Source: Candidatus Micrarchaeota archaeon (lineage in GTDB: Archaea; Micrarchaeota; Micrarchaeia; Anstonellales; Bilamarchaeaceae). From it: a stretch of DNA of 64,000 nucleotides. The translations under genes and the position numbers were made by a program. The notes under the pieces are model-generated. The model was not told the origin of the DNA. It saw only the letters and a program-made list of their open reading frames with translations, and searched no databases. Shown piece by piece: positions 45,785 through 54,909 of this stretch; the stretch's first letter is position 1; each line of letters starts with the position of its first letter. Where the stretch lies: positions 512,001-576,000 of the forward strand of contig JBDRCX010000006.1 in the NCBI GenBank assembly GCA_043821365.1. The letters run 5' to 3'.

Positions 45785-48667
45785 ATGAAAGTAAACCTAA
45801 AGAAAATCGGCGCAGTTGTTGCGGGTGCAACAATTCTAGCCAGCTCAGCCGCGTTTGCCGGACTTATGTTCGGATCAACAACGTTGGTTGATGACAACGG
45901 TGCCCCAGTGGCAAAGGTTGTCGTGGGCAGCAATGCTATGCCAAGCGACGGTGTCGCAGCAGCATTGATTGCAGGAAAAATGGTAAGCGAAGCATACAAG
46001 TCAGCCACCTTGACCGCTCAAGTGTCTGGTACTGCAACTTGTTCAGGAGATGCAAATGCAACAGGAACCTGTGCAATTAGCAATGAGAAAGCAAAATTGG
46101 AAATTACAGTTCCAGACTCAGTTGCAACAGGAACATGGACTGGAGCAAGCCTTATCGGTGATTTTATCAACAGAGATTTGAACGACCGAGTTCATAACGA
46201 TGTTGCTGATAATGATGTGTTGTATCCATTAACTGCATCTGAAACATCTGAAAGTGCAAACCCATTTACAGATAATACTGGTGCAGGTACTGATTTGGCA
46301 TCTTCACCATCTGATGATGAGGTTTTCTACAAAGTAGATGGCAGTGATTTTACTCCATTTGCTGATGCTGACTTATCGGATGATGATGCAGGTGATTCAT
46401 ATACAGAATCTCAAGCATTGTGGATTCAAGGTGATGGTGAATATAATACTGGAGAAGAAGAACTTGTAGGACATGTTGATCTTTTGGTTTATTCAATAAG
46501 ATTTGATGGTCCAGGTGGAGATGAAGCAGGTATTCCTGTTTGTACGAGCCCAGAAAATACAGACTACACATTCTGTAAGACTGGAGATGGCAACTTGGAT
46601 TACGCAACAGAAACCCATAAAGTTAATGTTTACTTCTTGGGTGAAAGTTGGGTTATTAGTGAAATGAACCCACCAACAGATGCAACTGCTGATGAGGATC
46701 TTGTCCAGAGCGGTGGTTCAATTAAACTTGCAAAAGAAGCAGTTTCTGGTATCTTAAACCAAGGTGAATCACTTCCAGTTGATGGATACAAATTCCAATT
46801 GGATGATCTTGAAGCACATGGTGATCAAACATCTGCAATTTTGTCTGTTCTAGATGCTAACGGTAACATTCTCAAAAAAGACAAAGTTGAACCAGGTGAA
46901 ACAAAAGAATTCAATATTGAAGGACAAACATACAGATTCCACGTATACAAAGTTGCCCCAGGTTATACCTTCGGTGCAAAATGGGCAGATGTGGCTATCT
47001 TCTCTGAAGAATTAGAATTAGAAGATGGTGAAGAGCTCAACAAAGAAGAAGGAGATAACGAAGGGTATTATGTAACTCTTGGTTGGAAGAACTATGATGC
47101 AGAAGCTGATGATGGTGATGCAGACAATGGTGAAGAAGAACAACCAGATGCATTGAGAACAATTATTCTCTATGCAGAAACACCAGAAGATGTTATCAGC
47201 AGCGGTGAAGATTTCTTGCTTGCAGGAGATTATATCCCAATTGTTCAAGATCCAGTTGCATGGAAACTAACTTTCCAAGGTTTGGACTTGACAACTGATG
47301 ACTACTTTGGCCTTAGTTTCTCATTAGAGACAGGTGATAAGACCATTTCTGCAAATAAGATGGCAGATAATCTTGACTGTACCATAGCTGGTCCATATGT
47401 CGAAGTATCATCTGATGCAGATGGTGGTATATTCGAAGTTAGTACTTTCTCTGACAATGAATTTTATGTCACACTAGGTAACGACTTTACCGACAATCTT
47501 GGAGGAGGTCTCTGTGATGCATTAGCTGGAGGAGCTACTGGTATCGGTGCAATTGTTATGCAAGAATCTTCATCCTCTGGAGCTGACTACAACGTAGTAC
47601 CATATGTTGTTGGTTCTGAAACAGAAGTTGGTTATTCACAAGTTGGTGATGGTGAAGATACATTTACCACAGGCGGTTCAATTTTGATTGAACAAGGCAC
47701 AACTGTTAATGCCGAATTACTTGCATCAACTATAGGTCCACCAATTGCACTATCTGATGATGAGATTGGTGCGTTGTTCGAAACTGTCCATGCGGCAGAG
47801 GACACTACAGTTACTGGTGGTGCTGGTTTGTACTTTGCAGTTTCAGAACATGCAGGTAATGACTACGTAAACTACTGGATATTCGGTGTTGATGACTATA
47901 CTGACACAACAGATGTTGAATTCCAGTTCGATACTGATGCAATATTGAACATTGGCGGTACAACAGTCTTGTCAGATGATAGGTTACTGTACGGCCATGC
48001 AACTCCAAATGGAGATGACTTCTATGTTGATGGTGCAGCAGCAACGGTATCTGGTCCAGTTGATTCTGGCGTAGAAATGGTTGAAGAAGGGTATGTATCA
48101 GAAAGAGGAACAGTTCTAAAATCATTTGACAGTGATGAAGTTAAATTCGATATGACTCATACACTTGGTCATCTTGAATGGTTCCTTGCTTCATCTGCAA
48201 CTTCAGCAGACGATGCCTCAACAACCATTTGGACTGGTGGTGAAGGTGAATCAACCACTGTAAGCGGCGTAACAGTTAAAGTTCTCGAAATAACTGAAAC
48301 TGTAGGCGCATGCAGCGCAGCAGGTGGTGCACCAGCATGTACAGCAGACATGACCGGCGTTACAGCAGTCATTATGCCAAACAATGCAGCATCAGTAACC
48401 GTTGCAATGCCATACACTGGCAGCTATGGTAACTTGGTCGTACTCGACACAGATGCCGTAGGTGTAAACACCTTAGTATCAGTTGGTGGTGACAAAGTTA
48501 ACTCTGTTACTGCAGGCTTGTTACAAGGTACACCAGTAGATTGGACAGCAGAGACAAAGGTTGTAAGAGAAGTCGTACAGGGATCAAAGATTGTGGTCGC
48601 TGGTAAAGACGCATCAGACACACTCGAAGCAGCCTCAGACTTTGTAGCACAAGTCCAAAAAGTCTAA
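45785..48667 (+). CDS. S-layer protein
   Basis: KKIGAVVAGATIL signal peptide, VVVGSNA..SD..AA..IA S-layer N motif, C-terminal VGG..VNSVT...VVAG.DA.DT..AA; highly acidic; biased codon usage. Confidence 0.9.
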   Translation: MKVNLKKIGAVVAGATILASSAAFAGLMFGSTTLVDDNGAPVAKVVVGSNAMPSDGVAAALIAGKMVSEAYKSATLTAQVSGTATCSGDANATGTCAISNEKAKLEITVPDSVATGTWTGASLIGDFINRDLNDRVHNDVADNDVLYPLTASETSESANPFTDNTGAGTDLASSPSDDEVFYKVDGSDFTPFADADLSDDDAGDSYTESQALWIQGDGEYNTGEEELVGHVDLLVYSIRFDGPGGDEAGIPVCTSPENTDYTFCKTGDGNLDYATETHKVNVYFLGESWVISEMNPPTDATADEDLVQSGGSIKLAKEAVSGILNQGESLPVDGYKFQLDDLEAHGDQTSAILSVLDANGNILKKDKVEPGETKEFNIEGQTYRFHVYKVAPGYTFGAKWADVAIFSEELELEDGEELNKEEGDNEGYYVTLGWKNYDAEADDGDADNGEEEQPDALRTIILYAETPEDVISSGEDFLLAGDYIPIVQDPVAWKLTFQGLDLTTDDYFGLSFSLETGDKTISANKMADNLDCTIAGPYVEVSSDADGGIFEVSTFSDNEFYVTLGNDFTDNLGGGLCDALAGGATGIGAIVMQESSSSGADYNVVPYVVGSETEVGYSQVGDGEDTFTTGGSILIEQGTTVNAELLASTIGPPIALSDDEIGALFETVHAAEDTTVTGGAGLYFAVSEHAGNDYVNYWIFGVDDYTDTTDVEFQFDTDAILNIGGTTVLSDDRLLYGHATPNGDDFYVDGAAATVSGPVDSGVEMVEEGYVSERGTVLKSFDSDEVKFDMTHTLGHLEWFLASSATSADDASTTIWTGGEGESTTVSGVTVKVLEITETVGACSAAGGAPACTADMTGVTAVIMPNNAASVTVAMPYTGSYGNLVVLDTDAVGVNTLVSVGGDKVNSVTAGLLQGTPVDWTAETKVVREVVQGSKIVVAGKDASDTLEAASDFVAQVQKV

Positions 48668-48705
48668 TTTGACTTTTTTTATTTTTTCTTTTTATTTTAT
48701 TTATC
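48668..48705 (+). terminator. Oligo-T terminator of the S-layer gene
   Basis: Long T tracts immediately after the stop codon. Confidence 0.6.
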
Positions 48706-48800
48706 TACTTCTAGATGAAAAAATAGATCTTGTTGTTCATAATTTGTAGTGGCGAATTAAAATCAAAAAGCTTAAATAATCGTAGGCACTACATATTAAC

Positions 48801-49718
48801 ATGGTTTTTATAAGAAAAAAGAGTAAGAGTAACACCTACTACTATGAACTTGTTGAGAATAAGCGTATTGGTGGAAAAGTAGTTCAAAAAGTTCTTGAAT
48901 ATTTTCCTACAATTACAGATGCTACAGAATATGCAAAAAAACATGGGCTCAAATTACCAAAAGATGATGGGGAATGGATAAATGAACATCTAAGAAAGTC
49001 CTTGAATGAAAAGTTTGCTAAATTAAATTCTATAAGGCCTCTTCCAAAGAATGTTCTTGAAAGATTACGTGATAAATTTGAAGTAGATATGACATACAAT
49101 TCAAATGCTATAGAAGGGAATCGTCTTACTCTCAGAGAAACTTGGATGGTTTTAAGAAAAGGAATAACAGTACGTGGTAAATCTATGAAAGAGCATTTGG
49201 AGGCTACAAATCATGCTGAAGCAATAGAGTTGTTGGAAAATTTAGCAAATTCAAAAAATGAAATCAAAGAATCAGATGTTCTAAGTATACATGCGATAAT
49301 ACTCGACAAAATCGATTCACAGAATGCTGGATTCTATCGCCATGAACAAGTGTATATAGAAGGTTCCACAGTCCAACTTGCAAAATGGAAAGAAGTACCT
49401 CGTCTAATGCAGGAAGTTTACAAAGAACTGAATAATTTAGATAAGGGCATATCTGCTATCTATTCTGCGGTAAAAATCCATCATAAAACTGTCAAAATAC
49501 ATCCTTTTGTGGATGGTAATGGGCGACTAGCACGTCTTCTTATGAATTTAAGGCTTATACGTGCAGGTTTTCCACCAACAATACTAAGAAAAGAAGAAAG
49601 ACGATCATATTACTCTGCTTTGGAAAAAGCAGACTCTGGAGACTTTAGGTCTTTGTCTATGTTGATTGCAAATGACGTTCGAAAAGCACTTGATTTGTAT
49701 ACAGAAGCTGTGGAATAA
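48801..49718 (+). CDS. Fic-family protein (class II, autoinhibitory motif) with N-terminal extension
   Basis: HPFVDGNGRLAR Fic motif; SNAIEG inhibitory (S/T)xxxE(G/N) motif. Confidence 0.93.
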   Translation: MVFIRKKSKSNTYYYELVENKRIGGKVVQKVLEYFPTITDATEYAKKHGLKLPKDDGEWINEHLRKSLNEKFAKLNSIRPLPKNVLERLRDKFEVDMTYNSNAIEGNRLTLRETWMVLRKGITVRGKSMKEHLEATNHAEAIELLENLANSKNEIKESDVLSIHAIILDKIDSQNAGFYRHEQVYIEGSTVQLAKWKEVPRLMQEVYKELNNLDKGISAIYSAVKIHHKTVKIHPFVDGNGRLARLLMNLRLIRAGFPPTILRKEERRSYYSALEKADSGDFRSLSMLIANDVRKALDLYTEAVE

Positions 49719-49796
49719 GTCATTGTATAATACACATCAAAATCCACTCTCTAGCGAACTGTAATCCTTTATATTTTTTCTCTTAGTATCACTCAC

Positions 49797-50576
49797 ATGG
49801 CAGCTCCAACCGTAGAACACAAAATCATCCCCCCAGGAAAGAAACTTCCTCAGAATGTAGAAATCCTTGCTGGAAAAGTAAAATCAATTACACTTGTTCT
49901 TCCGTTGTTAAATGAAAAAAACGCATACTTAGTAATAAAACTTCCCGAATCAGTTCTAAAAGATGTTTTAGAGCATGCAGCAAAACTTCCAGAAGCACAA
50001 AGAACACAATTTGTTCAAGATTGGCTTATGAAAAACCAAGACGTTGCGTTGCAACAATATATCAAAAGCAAAGCAAAAGTATTCACTCTTGATGTTGTAC
50101 CAGTTAGAGTTGCAGAACCAAGTAGGTTGGGTACAATTCATCTTGAAAAAGCACCACACCGAATTGGTCTTGAAAGAGGAGAGACAAGAATTCTATCAGG
50201 TTCAGGTACAACTGGAGACCCCTACCAAGCAACAATCGCAGTTTCTCCTTTTGTTAGATTGGAGGGAGTTGGTAAAAAAGCAGTTAAGCTACCCTTAATA
50301 ATTGATTTGGAATCATTTGGACAATTTCACTTTAAAATTACATTAAAATTAGGGCAGTTAGCTGAAGACAATATTTCAGTAACAAGTGGCAGTATTTCGT
50401 TCTTATTACGACAACAAATAACTAAATTAGCTTCAACGCAATTTGATACTGAAACAAGGGATTTTAGGGAAGCACTTCGTGATGCAATGTCAAATATTGC
50501 ACCGAATTTGCGTGAACAAGTCAAAAGGATGAAAGTCAAACACCCAGAATGGACTGATTGTCTAGAAGGAAATTAA
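49797..50576 (+). CDS. Hypothetical protein
   Basis: 259-aa ORF; no recognisable motif. Confidence 0.6.
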   Translation: MAAPTVEHKIIPPGKKLPQNVEILAGKVKSITLVLPLLNEKNAYLVIKLPESVLKDVLEHAAKLPEAQRTQFVQDWLMKNQDVALQQYIKSKAKVFTLDVVPVRVAEPSRLGTIHLEKAPHRIGLERGETRILSGSGTTGDPYQATIAVSPFVRLEGVGKKAVKLPLIIDLESFGQFHFKITLKLGQLAEDNISVTSGSISFLLRQQITKLASTQFDTETRDFREALRDAMSNIAPNLREQVKRMKVKHPEWTDCLEGN

Positions 50577-50590
50577 CAACAGTTTTAAAT

Positions 50591-51283
50591 CTGCACAAGC
50601 TTATCACTTCTATGGGTAATTGTTCTAGATGCGGCCGCAGCGGAGAGATAGAATATGGTTCTGACGGTCTATCCTATTGTTCTGCATGCATATTCTATGG
50701 TCTAAATAAACCATGCTGGAGATGCCGTATGTATCTTCCTGCTTCTGAACTTCAACAATACAAAGGCCAGTTCACCTGCCCATATTGTATAATGGATATG
50801 CGTGATGAAGATAGAAGGATAGAACAATCAGTAACAAAAAAGCCAAAAGTAGAAATACTAGCATATAATGAAAGATGCGAAAGATGCGGACGTGATCTTG
50901 AAGCAAGAGTTTACATTGTAAATGGAAAAAAACTCTGTAAAAGTTGCGTTGATGCAGAAAAAAACACCTGGGAATTAGTAAGTGGTTCTCCTATGGGTGC
51001 AGGACAAAAAATATCAGTAAAACCAATAATACAAAAGAAAAAAATGGGTCTTCTATCTGCCTTTATCTCTGAAGCATTATATGCACTAAAACTGAAGAGG
51101 AAACCAGTAGAGGAAATAGTTGTTTATGATACAAAAATGCCAATACAGTATGCAAAACCAATGACAGAAAAACCAATGCAAAAAGATGAAAAGAAACCAG
51201 AGACAGAAGGACTTATGGTAATAAAGCCAGAAGTCAAAAAAGCCAAGAAAAGAAGAAAAAAGAAGAAAGGTCAGAACAAATAA
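50591..51283 (+). CDS. Multi-CxxC zinc-finger protein with basic C-terminal tail
   Basis: CSRC, CSAC, CWRC, CPYC, CERC and CKSC; likely start MGNCSRC. Confidence 0.7.
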   Translation: MHKLITSMGNCSRCGRSGEIEYGSDGLSYCSACIFYGLNKPCWRCRMYLPASELQQYKGQFTCPYCIMDMRDEDRRIEQSVTKKPKVEILAYNERCERCGRDLEARVYIVNGKKLCKSCVDAEKNTWELVSGSPMGAGQKISVKPIIQKKKMGLLSAFISEALYALKLKRKPVEEIVVYDTKMPIQYAKPMTEKPMQKDEKKPETEGLMVIKPEVKKAKKRRKKKKGQNK

Positions 51284-51317
51284 AAACCCAACGTCATATT
51301 TTATCCTAGCGGGTTTA

Positions 51318-51833
51318 ATGGTACTTAATTATTCTGAACTTAGAGATATTCAAAAGCGCGAGATGGATTCATCAGCAATAGTTAAGTTGCCAGAAGATTT
51401 CTACCAGGAAGTTTCAAAACTTCTTGCAAAAAAAAATTCTGATGCCGTATCGTCAAAATTGCTTCTTGCAATAAAAGAATACGAGAATATAAAGAAAATC
51501 ATTGTTTCAATATCTAGTAAACGAGAAGAAAAGATAGTTTTAATGGCAGTTAGGGGGGAAAGAGAAGGTCTTGGCCTTACTTTAGAGGAAAGGGAAATGT
51601 TAAAAGAGCTATCCTCAATAATTAAGAAAGCAAGGTCCAAAACTCAGTCTGTATGGGCTGCAGAGGATCCCAAAGCAGGCAATTCAAGAAAAGTAAAAGT
51701 GCTGAAAGATATCTCTCAGTATCGTGGTCTTGATAATGAGATATATGGTCCGTTTAAGGAAGGTGAAGAAAAATCCCTTCCGAAAGCTGAGGCAGAATGG
51801 TTATTAAAAGCTGGAATGGCTGAAATTCTATAG
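51318..51833 (+). CDS. GINS complex subunit (Gins51/Gins15 type)
   Basis: LPEDFY A-domain; C-terminal B-domain YGPFKEGE...LP..EA..L; heads the rpl44e cluster. Confidence 0.85.
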   Translation: MVLNYSELRDIQKREMDSSAIVKLPEDFYQEVSKLLAKKNSDAVSSKLLLAIKEYENIKKIIVSISSKREEKIVLMAVRGEREGLGLTLEEREMLKELSSIIKKARSKTQSVWAAEDPKAGNSRKVKVLKDISQYRGLDNEIYGPFKEGEEKSLPKAEAEWLLKAGMAEIL

Positions 51834-51891
51834 GTGTAAAAATGCAATGCATTTTTACTTAATAAATGTAATTTTTACAGGGTGATTAAGA

Positions 51892-52170
51892 ATGAAATTT
51901 CCAAAGGAAATAAATGCATATTGTCCTTATTGCAAATCTCACAAAGTGCATAAGGTTAAGGCTGCAAGTAAAGGCAGAGCCAGAACAATGGCAAAGGGAA
52001 ACAGAGCACACAACAGAAGCCTTATGGGGCACGGCAGTAAAAGAGCTGGTGAAAAAACAGTGAGAAAGCAAGGAAAAAAGCAAAAATTAGCATTACAATG
52101 CAGTGCATGCAAGAAAAAACAAGAAAGAATTGTTGGTGGAAGAACAACAAAGAAAATCGAATTCAAGTGA
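51892..52170 (+). CDS. rpl44e: 50S ribosomal protein L44e
   Basis: MKFPKEINAYCPYC.SH..HKV, CSACKK. Confidence 0.96.
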   Translation: MKFPKEINAYCPYCKSHKVHKVKAASKGRARTMAKGNRAHNRSLMGHGSKRAGEKTVRKQGKKQKLALQCSACKKKQERIVGGRTTKKIEFK

Positions 52171-52186
52171 TTATGAGGTTATATTT

Positions 52187-52354
52187 ATGGCTGGCAAATA
52201 TTTGAAAGTAAAATGTAAATGTGGAAATGAGCAAGTTGTTTTTAGTCATACTACTTCGGTGGTAAACTGCAGCGGATGCAAAGAACCGTTGGCACACCCA
52301 TCTGGAGGAACAGCAGTTATCCATGGGGAAGTTTTGGGTGATTTAGATAGTTGA
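52187..52354 (+). CDS. rps27e: 30S ribosomal protein S27e
   Basis: LKVKC.CGNEQVVFSH...V.C..C...LA.PSGG. Confidence 0.95.
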   Translation: MAGKYLKVKCKCGNEQVVFSHTTSVVNCSGCKEPLAHPSGGTAVIHGEVLGDLDS

Positions 52355-53093
52355 ACTCCCAGAAGAAGATGAATTAGTTCTTGCAACTATTAAAAAAATC
52401 CAGCCCTATGGTGCATTTTGTACTCTTACTGAATATAATAATATAGATGCATTCTTGCATGTTTCAGAAGTTGCACCTCGTTGGATAAAAAATATCCATG
52501 AATTTATCTCTGAAGGCCAAAGATATGTGGTTAAAGTTCACCATGTTGACAAGGAGAAAAATCAAGTTGATATATCCATAAAAAGAGTGAGTGAAGAAGA
52601 AAAGAAACAAAAACTCGAATTAGTCCAAAACGAAAAAAGAGGTTCAAAACTTCTTGAGATTGCAATCAAAGCAACAAAAACAACAATTGATCTGCCAACT
52701 GCTAAAAAAGAAATTGAAAATTATTTTGATGATGTTTATGCCTGCTTTAAGGAAGTCAATGCCGATGGCGAAGATGTATTAAAAAAATTAGATCTTCCAA
52801 AACCACTTAAAACAAAAATATTTGAAATAGCAAAAAAGAACATAAAGAAGCCAGTTGTAACTGTGGATGCAATAATGACCATTGTCTGTTATTCTCAAAA
52901 CGGTGTTGAAACAATACAAAATGCATTGAAAGTTGATGGTGCCGATATTCACTATCTTGGTGCTCCAAAATACAAAATCTCGTTGACTGCTCCTGATTAC
53001 AAATCTGGAGAGAAAAAACTTCTCAGTATGTTGGAACATATAAAAACCTACGCTCAGAAGAATAATTGTGATTTTAAAGTCCACAGGGATTAG
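52347..53093 (+). CDS. eif2a: Translation initiation factor aIF2 alpha (apparent AUA start)
   Basis: ELPEEDELVLATIKKIQPYGAF S1 domain, LHVSEVA..WIKNI, YLGAPKY. In-frame TAG at 52344-52346; no ATG/GTG/TTG before the conserved N-terminus. Confidence 0.9.
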   Translation: MVELPEEDELVLATIKKIQPYGAFCTLTEYNNIDAFLHVSEVAPRWIKNIHEFISEGQRYVVKVHHVDKEKNQVDISIKRVSEEEKKQKLELVQNEKRGSKLLEIAIKATKTTIDLPTAKKEIENYFDDVYACFKEVNADGEDVLKKLDLPKPLKTKIFEIAKKNIKKPVVTVDAIMTIVCYSQNGVETIQNALKVDGADIHYLGAPKYKISLTAPDYKSGEKKLLSMLEHIKTYAQKNNCDFKVHRD

Positions 53094-53113
53094 TGCGACT
53101 GGAGCTGGTTTTA

Positions 53114-53263
53114 TTGTTTAAGATGAGATTTTGTAAAGTTTGCGAAAGTTATACTCTAACTAACGAACATTGTAGTCTTCAGACGTTATCAGCTCACCCT
53201 GCGAATTTTAATCCAAATGATCCCTATGGAACTTATCGCAGAAAAGTAAAATTTGGTGCTTAA
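53114..53263 (+). CDS. nop10: Nop10 (H/ACA RNP, ribosome biogenesis)
   Basis: Not in the ORF track. MRFCKVCESYTL...SAHPANFNPNDPYGTYRRK; syntenic. Start is 53114 or 53123. Confidence 0.88.
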   Translation: MFKMRFCKVCESYTLTNEHCSLQTLSAHPANFNPNDPYGTYRRKVKFGA

Positions 53264-53264
53264 T

Positions 53265-54029
53265 ATGGAAAAAACAACTATTATCGAAAAAGTCCAAGTG
53301 AAGAAACTTCGTAAAGCAGTACTTATAACCGGACTTCCTGGCATTGGACTCATTGGTCAAGTTGTTGGAAGATATCTTGTTGATGAGCTAAAAGCAAAAA
53401 GAATTGCAAACTTATATTCACCACATTTTCCCCATCAGGTTTTCATGACCAAAAGAGGTGGAATGAGACTAATAAAAAACAGTTTCTATTTTCACAAAGG
53501 CAAAAAAAGAGACATACTGATTCTGGTGGGAGATATTCAGGCCATGAGTTCAGTTGGTCAGTATGAAGTTGCAAGCAGAACACTTGATTACTGCCAGAAA
53601 ATAGGGGTTACTGAAATTCTTACTGTTGGTGGTTATAGCACTGGTAAAATCTCAGAAAATAGGAAGATTTTCTGTGTAGCAACATCAGATGGTTTAAGGG
53701 AACGATTGAAAAAATTCCATGTTATCTTTGGAGAAGCAAGAGGCTCAATTGTTGGTGCAGCAGGGCTTTTACCTTCATTGTGTAAATTCAGAGGTATGGA
53801 AGGAGCCTGTGTCATGGGCGAAACCCATGGTGGCTATATAGATACTGCTTCAGCAAGACAAATAACAATAATGCTTTCCAAATATCTTGATATCAAACTT
53901 AATTTGAAAAAGCTTGATGAAAGGGCAGCAGAAAGCCAGAAGGTCTTGAAAAAAGTACAGGACGAAGTTCAGAAAACAATGGAAGCCCAAAATGAAGCTT
54001 TGAACAGAAATGTCACATACATAAGATAA
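53265..54029 (+). CDS. PAC2-family proteasome assembly chaperone
   Basis: LITGLPGIGLIGQ, LYSPHFP, GSIVGAAGLL, GETHG; follows nop10. Confidence 0.92.
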   Translation: MEKTTIIEKVQVKKLRKAVLITGLPGIGLIGQVVGRYLVDELKAKRIANLYSPHFPHQVFMTKRGGMRLIKNSFYFHKGKKRDILILVGDIQAMSSVGQYEVASRTLDYCQKIGVTEILTVGGYSTGKISENRKIFCVATSDGLRERLKKFHVIFGEARGSIVGAAGLLPSLCKFRGMEGACVMGETHGGYIDTASARQITIMLSKYLDIKLNLKKLDERAAESQKVLKKVQDEVQKTMEAQNEALNRNVTYIR

Positions 54030-54052
54030 TTAAATTTTCCTCCATTATTATT

Positions 54053-54436
54053 TTGGGGGATGATATGCGTGGGCAAATCAGTCTAGAATATCTTTTCATA
54101 TCTGTTATTTCTCTTTGTTTGATCTCAATATCTCTATTTTCCTTAATGGCAATCAGAGATTTTTCTATGAAGGCCATAGAGATCCTAACGTTCAAATTTT
54201 CTGTCTCAACACTTAGCAATATGATTGGTGAAGTATGTGTTATGGGAAACGGAAATTCACAATATCTTTATTTGAATAATCTGTCTGTTGAATCAGTAAA
54301 AGATGATTTTTGGATAGTGAGATTTAGTTCTGGCAACATGTCTATTGTGAAAAAAGCACTCTGCCAAGTAGAAGGAAAAGCAAATGGAGAAACACAAATT
54401 AAGAATGAAAATGGAATAATTATCCTATCAAACTAA
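54053..54436 (+). CDS. Class III signal peptide (pilin-like) protein
   Basis: MRGQISLEYL followed by a hydrophobic helix. Confidence 0.75.
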   Translation: MGDDMRGQISLEYLFISVISLCLISISLFSLMAIRDFSMKAIEILTFKFSVSTLSNMIGEVCVMGNGNSQYLYLNNLSVESVKDDFWIVRFSSGNMSIVKKALCQVEGKANGETQIKNENGIIILSN

Positions 54437-54460
54437 ATAACAAAGGAGATTCAAAAAGAT

Positions 54461-54509
54461 GGCAAGAACGTTGCGACGTTCTTGACTGTCTTGAAATAGG
54501 AATTTCAAG
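54461..54509. repeat. 49-nt twin-hairpin dispersed repeat, copy 2
   Basis: GGCAAGAA-N10-TTCTTG ACTGT CTTGAAA-N6-TTTCAAG. Confidence 0.8.
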
Positions 54510-54527
54510 TACAACCGTAGGTTCTTT

Positions 54528-54845
54528 TTATATTACAGTAAGCTTTCCAAATTTTCCTAATGTTAATTGGGCAGCTCCTTGCCATTCATTTACATAACCA
54601 TTTTCTATCTTTATCTTGTCTCCAGTTTTTACAGAATCTATCTGTTCATTCCATAGAACAAGAGTAACAGTTCCACTGTCATCCTTTATTGTTGCATTTC
54701 CAACTCTTAATTTTCTCCCGTATTTGTTAATTTCGCGTTCACTGTCCATAGAGACAACTTCGGCTTCGATATTAACACTGCCAGTTCCTGCCTTCAAATC
54801 TTTAATCTTCATACCACTACCTTCAGTTTCTTTCTTTTTTGCCAT
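54528..54845 (-). CDS. ssb: Single-OB-fold single-stranded DNA-binding protein
   Basis: KIKDL...VNI..V...IKDDSG.V.L.LW...GD.IKI.NGYV.EWQG..QL.LG..G. Confidence 0.88.
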   Translation of the reverse strand: MAKKKETEGSGMKIKDLKAGTGSVNIEAEVVSMDSEREINKYGRKLRVGNATIKDDSGTVTLVLWNEQIDSVKTGDKIKIENGYVNEWQGAAQLTLGKFGKLTVI

Positions 54846-54909
54846 TTTAATACTCTCCTTTTTTTGTTTGATGTGTGGGTCTAAGGGGGCGTGCCCCTTA
54901 AATAAACAA

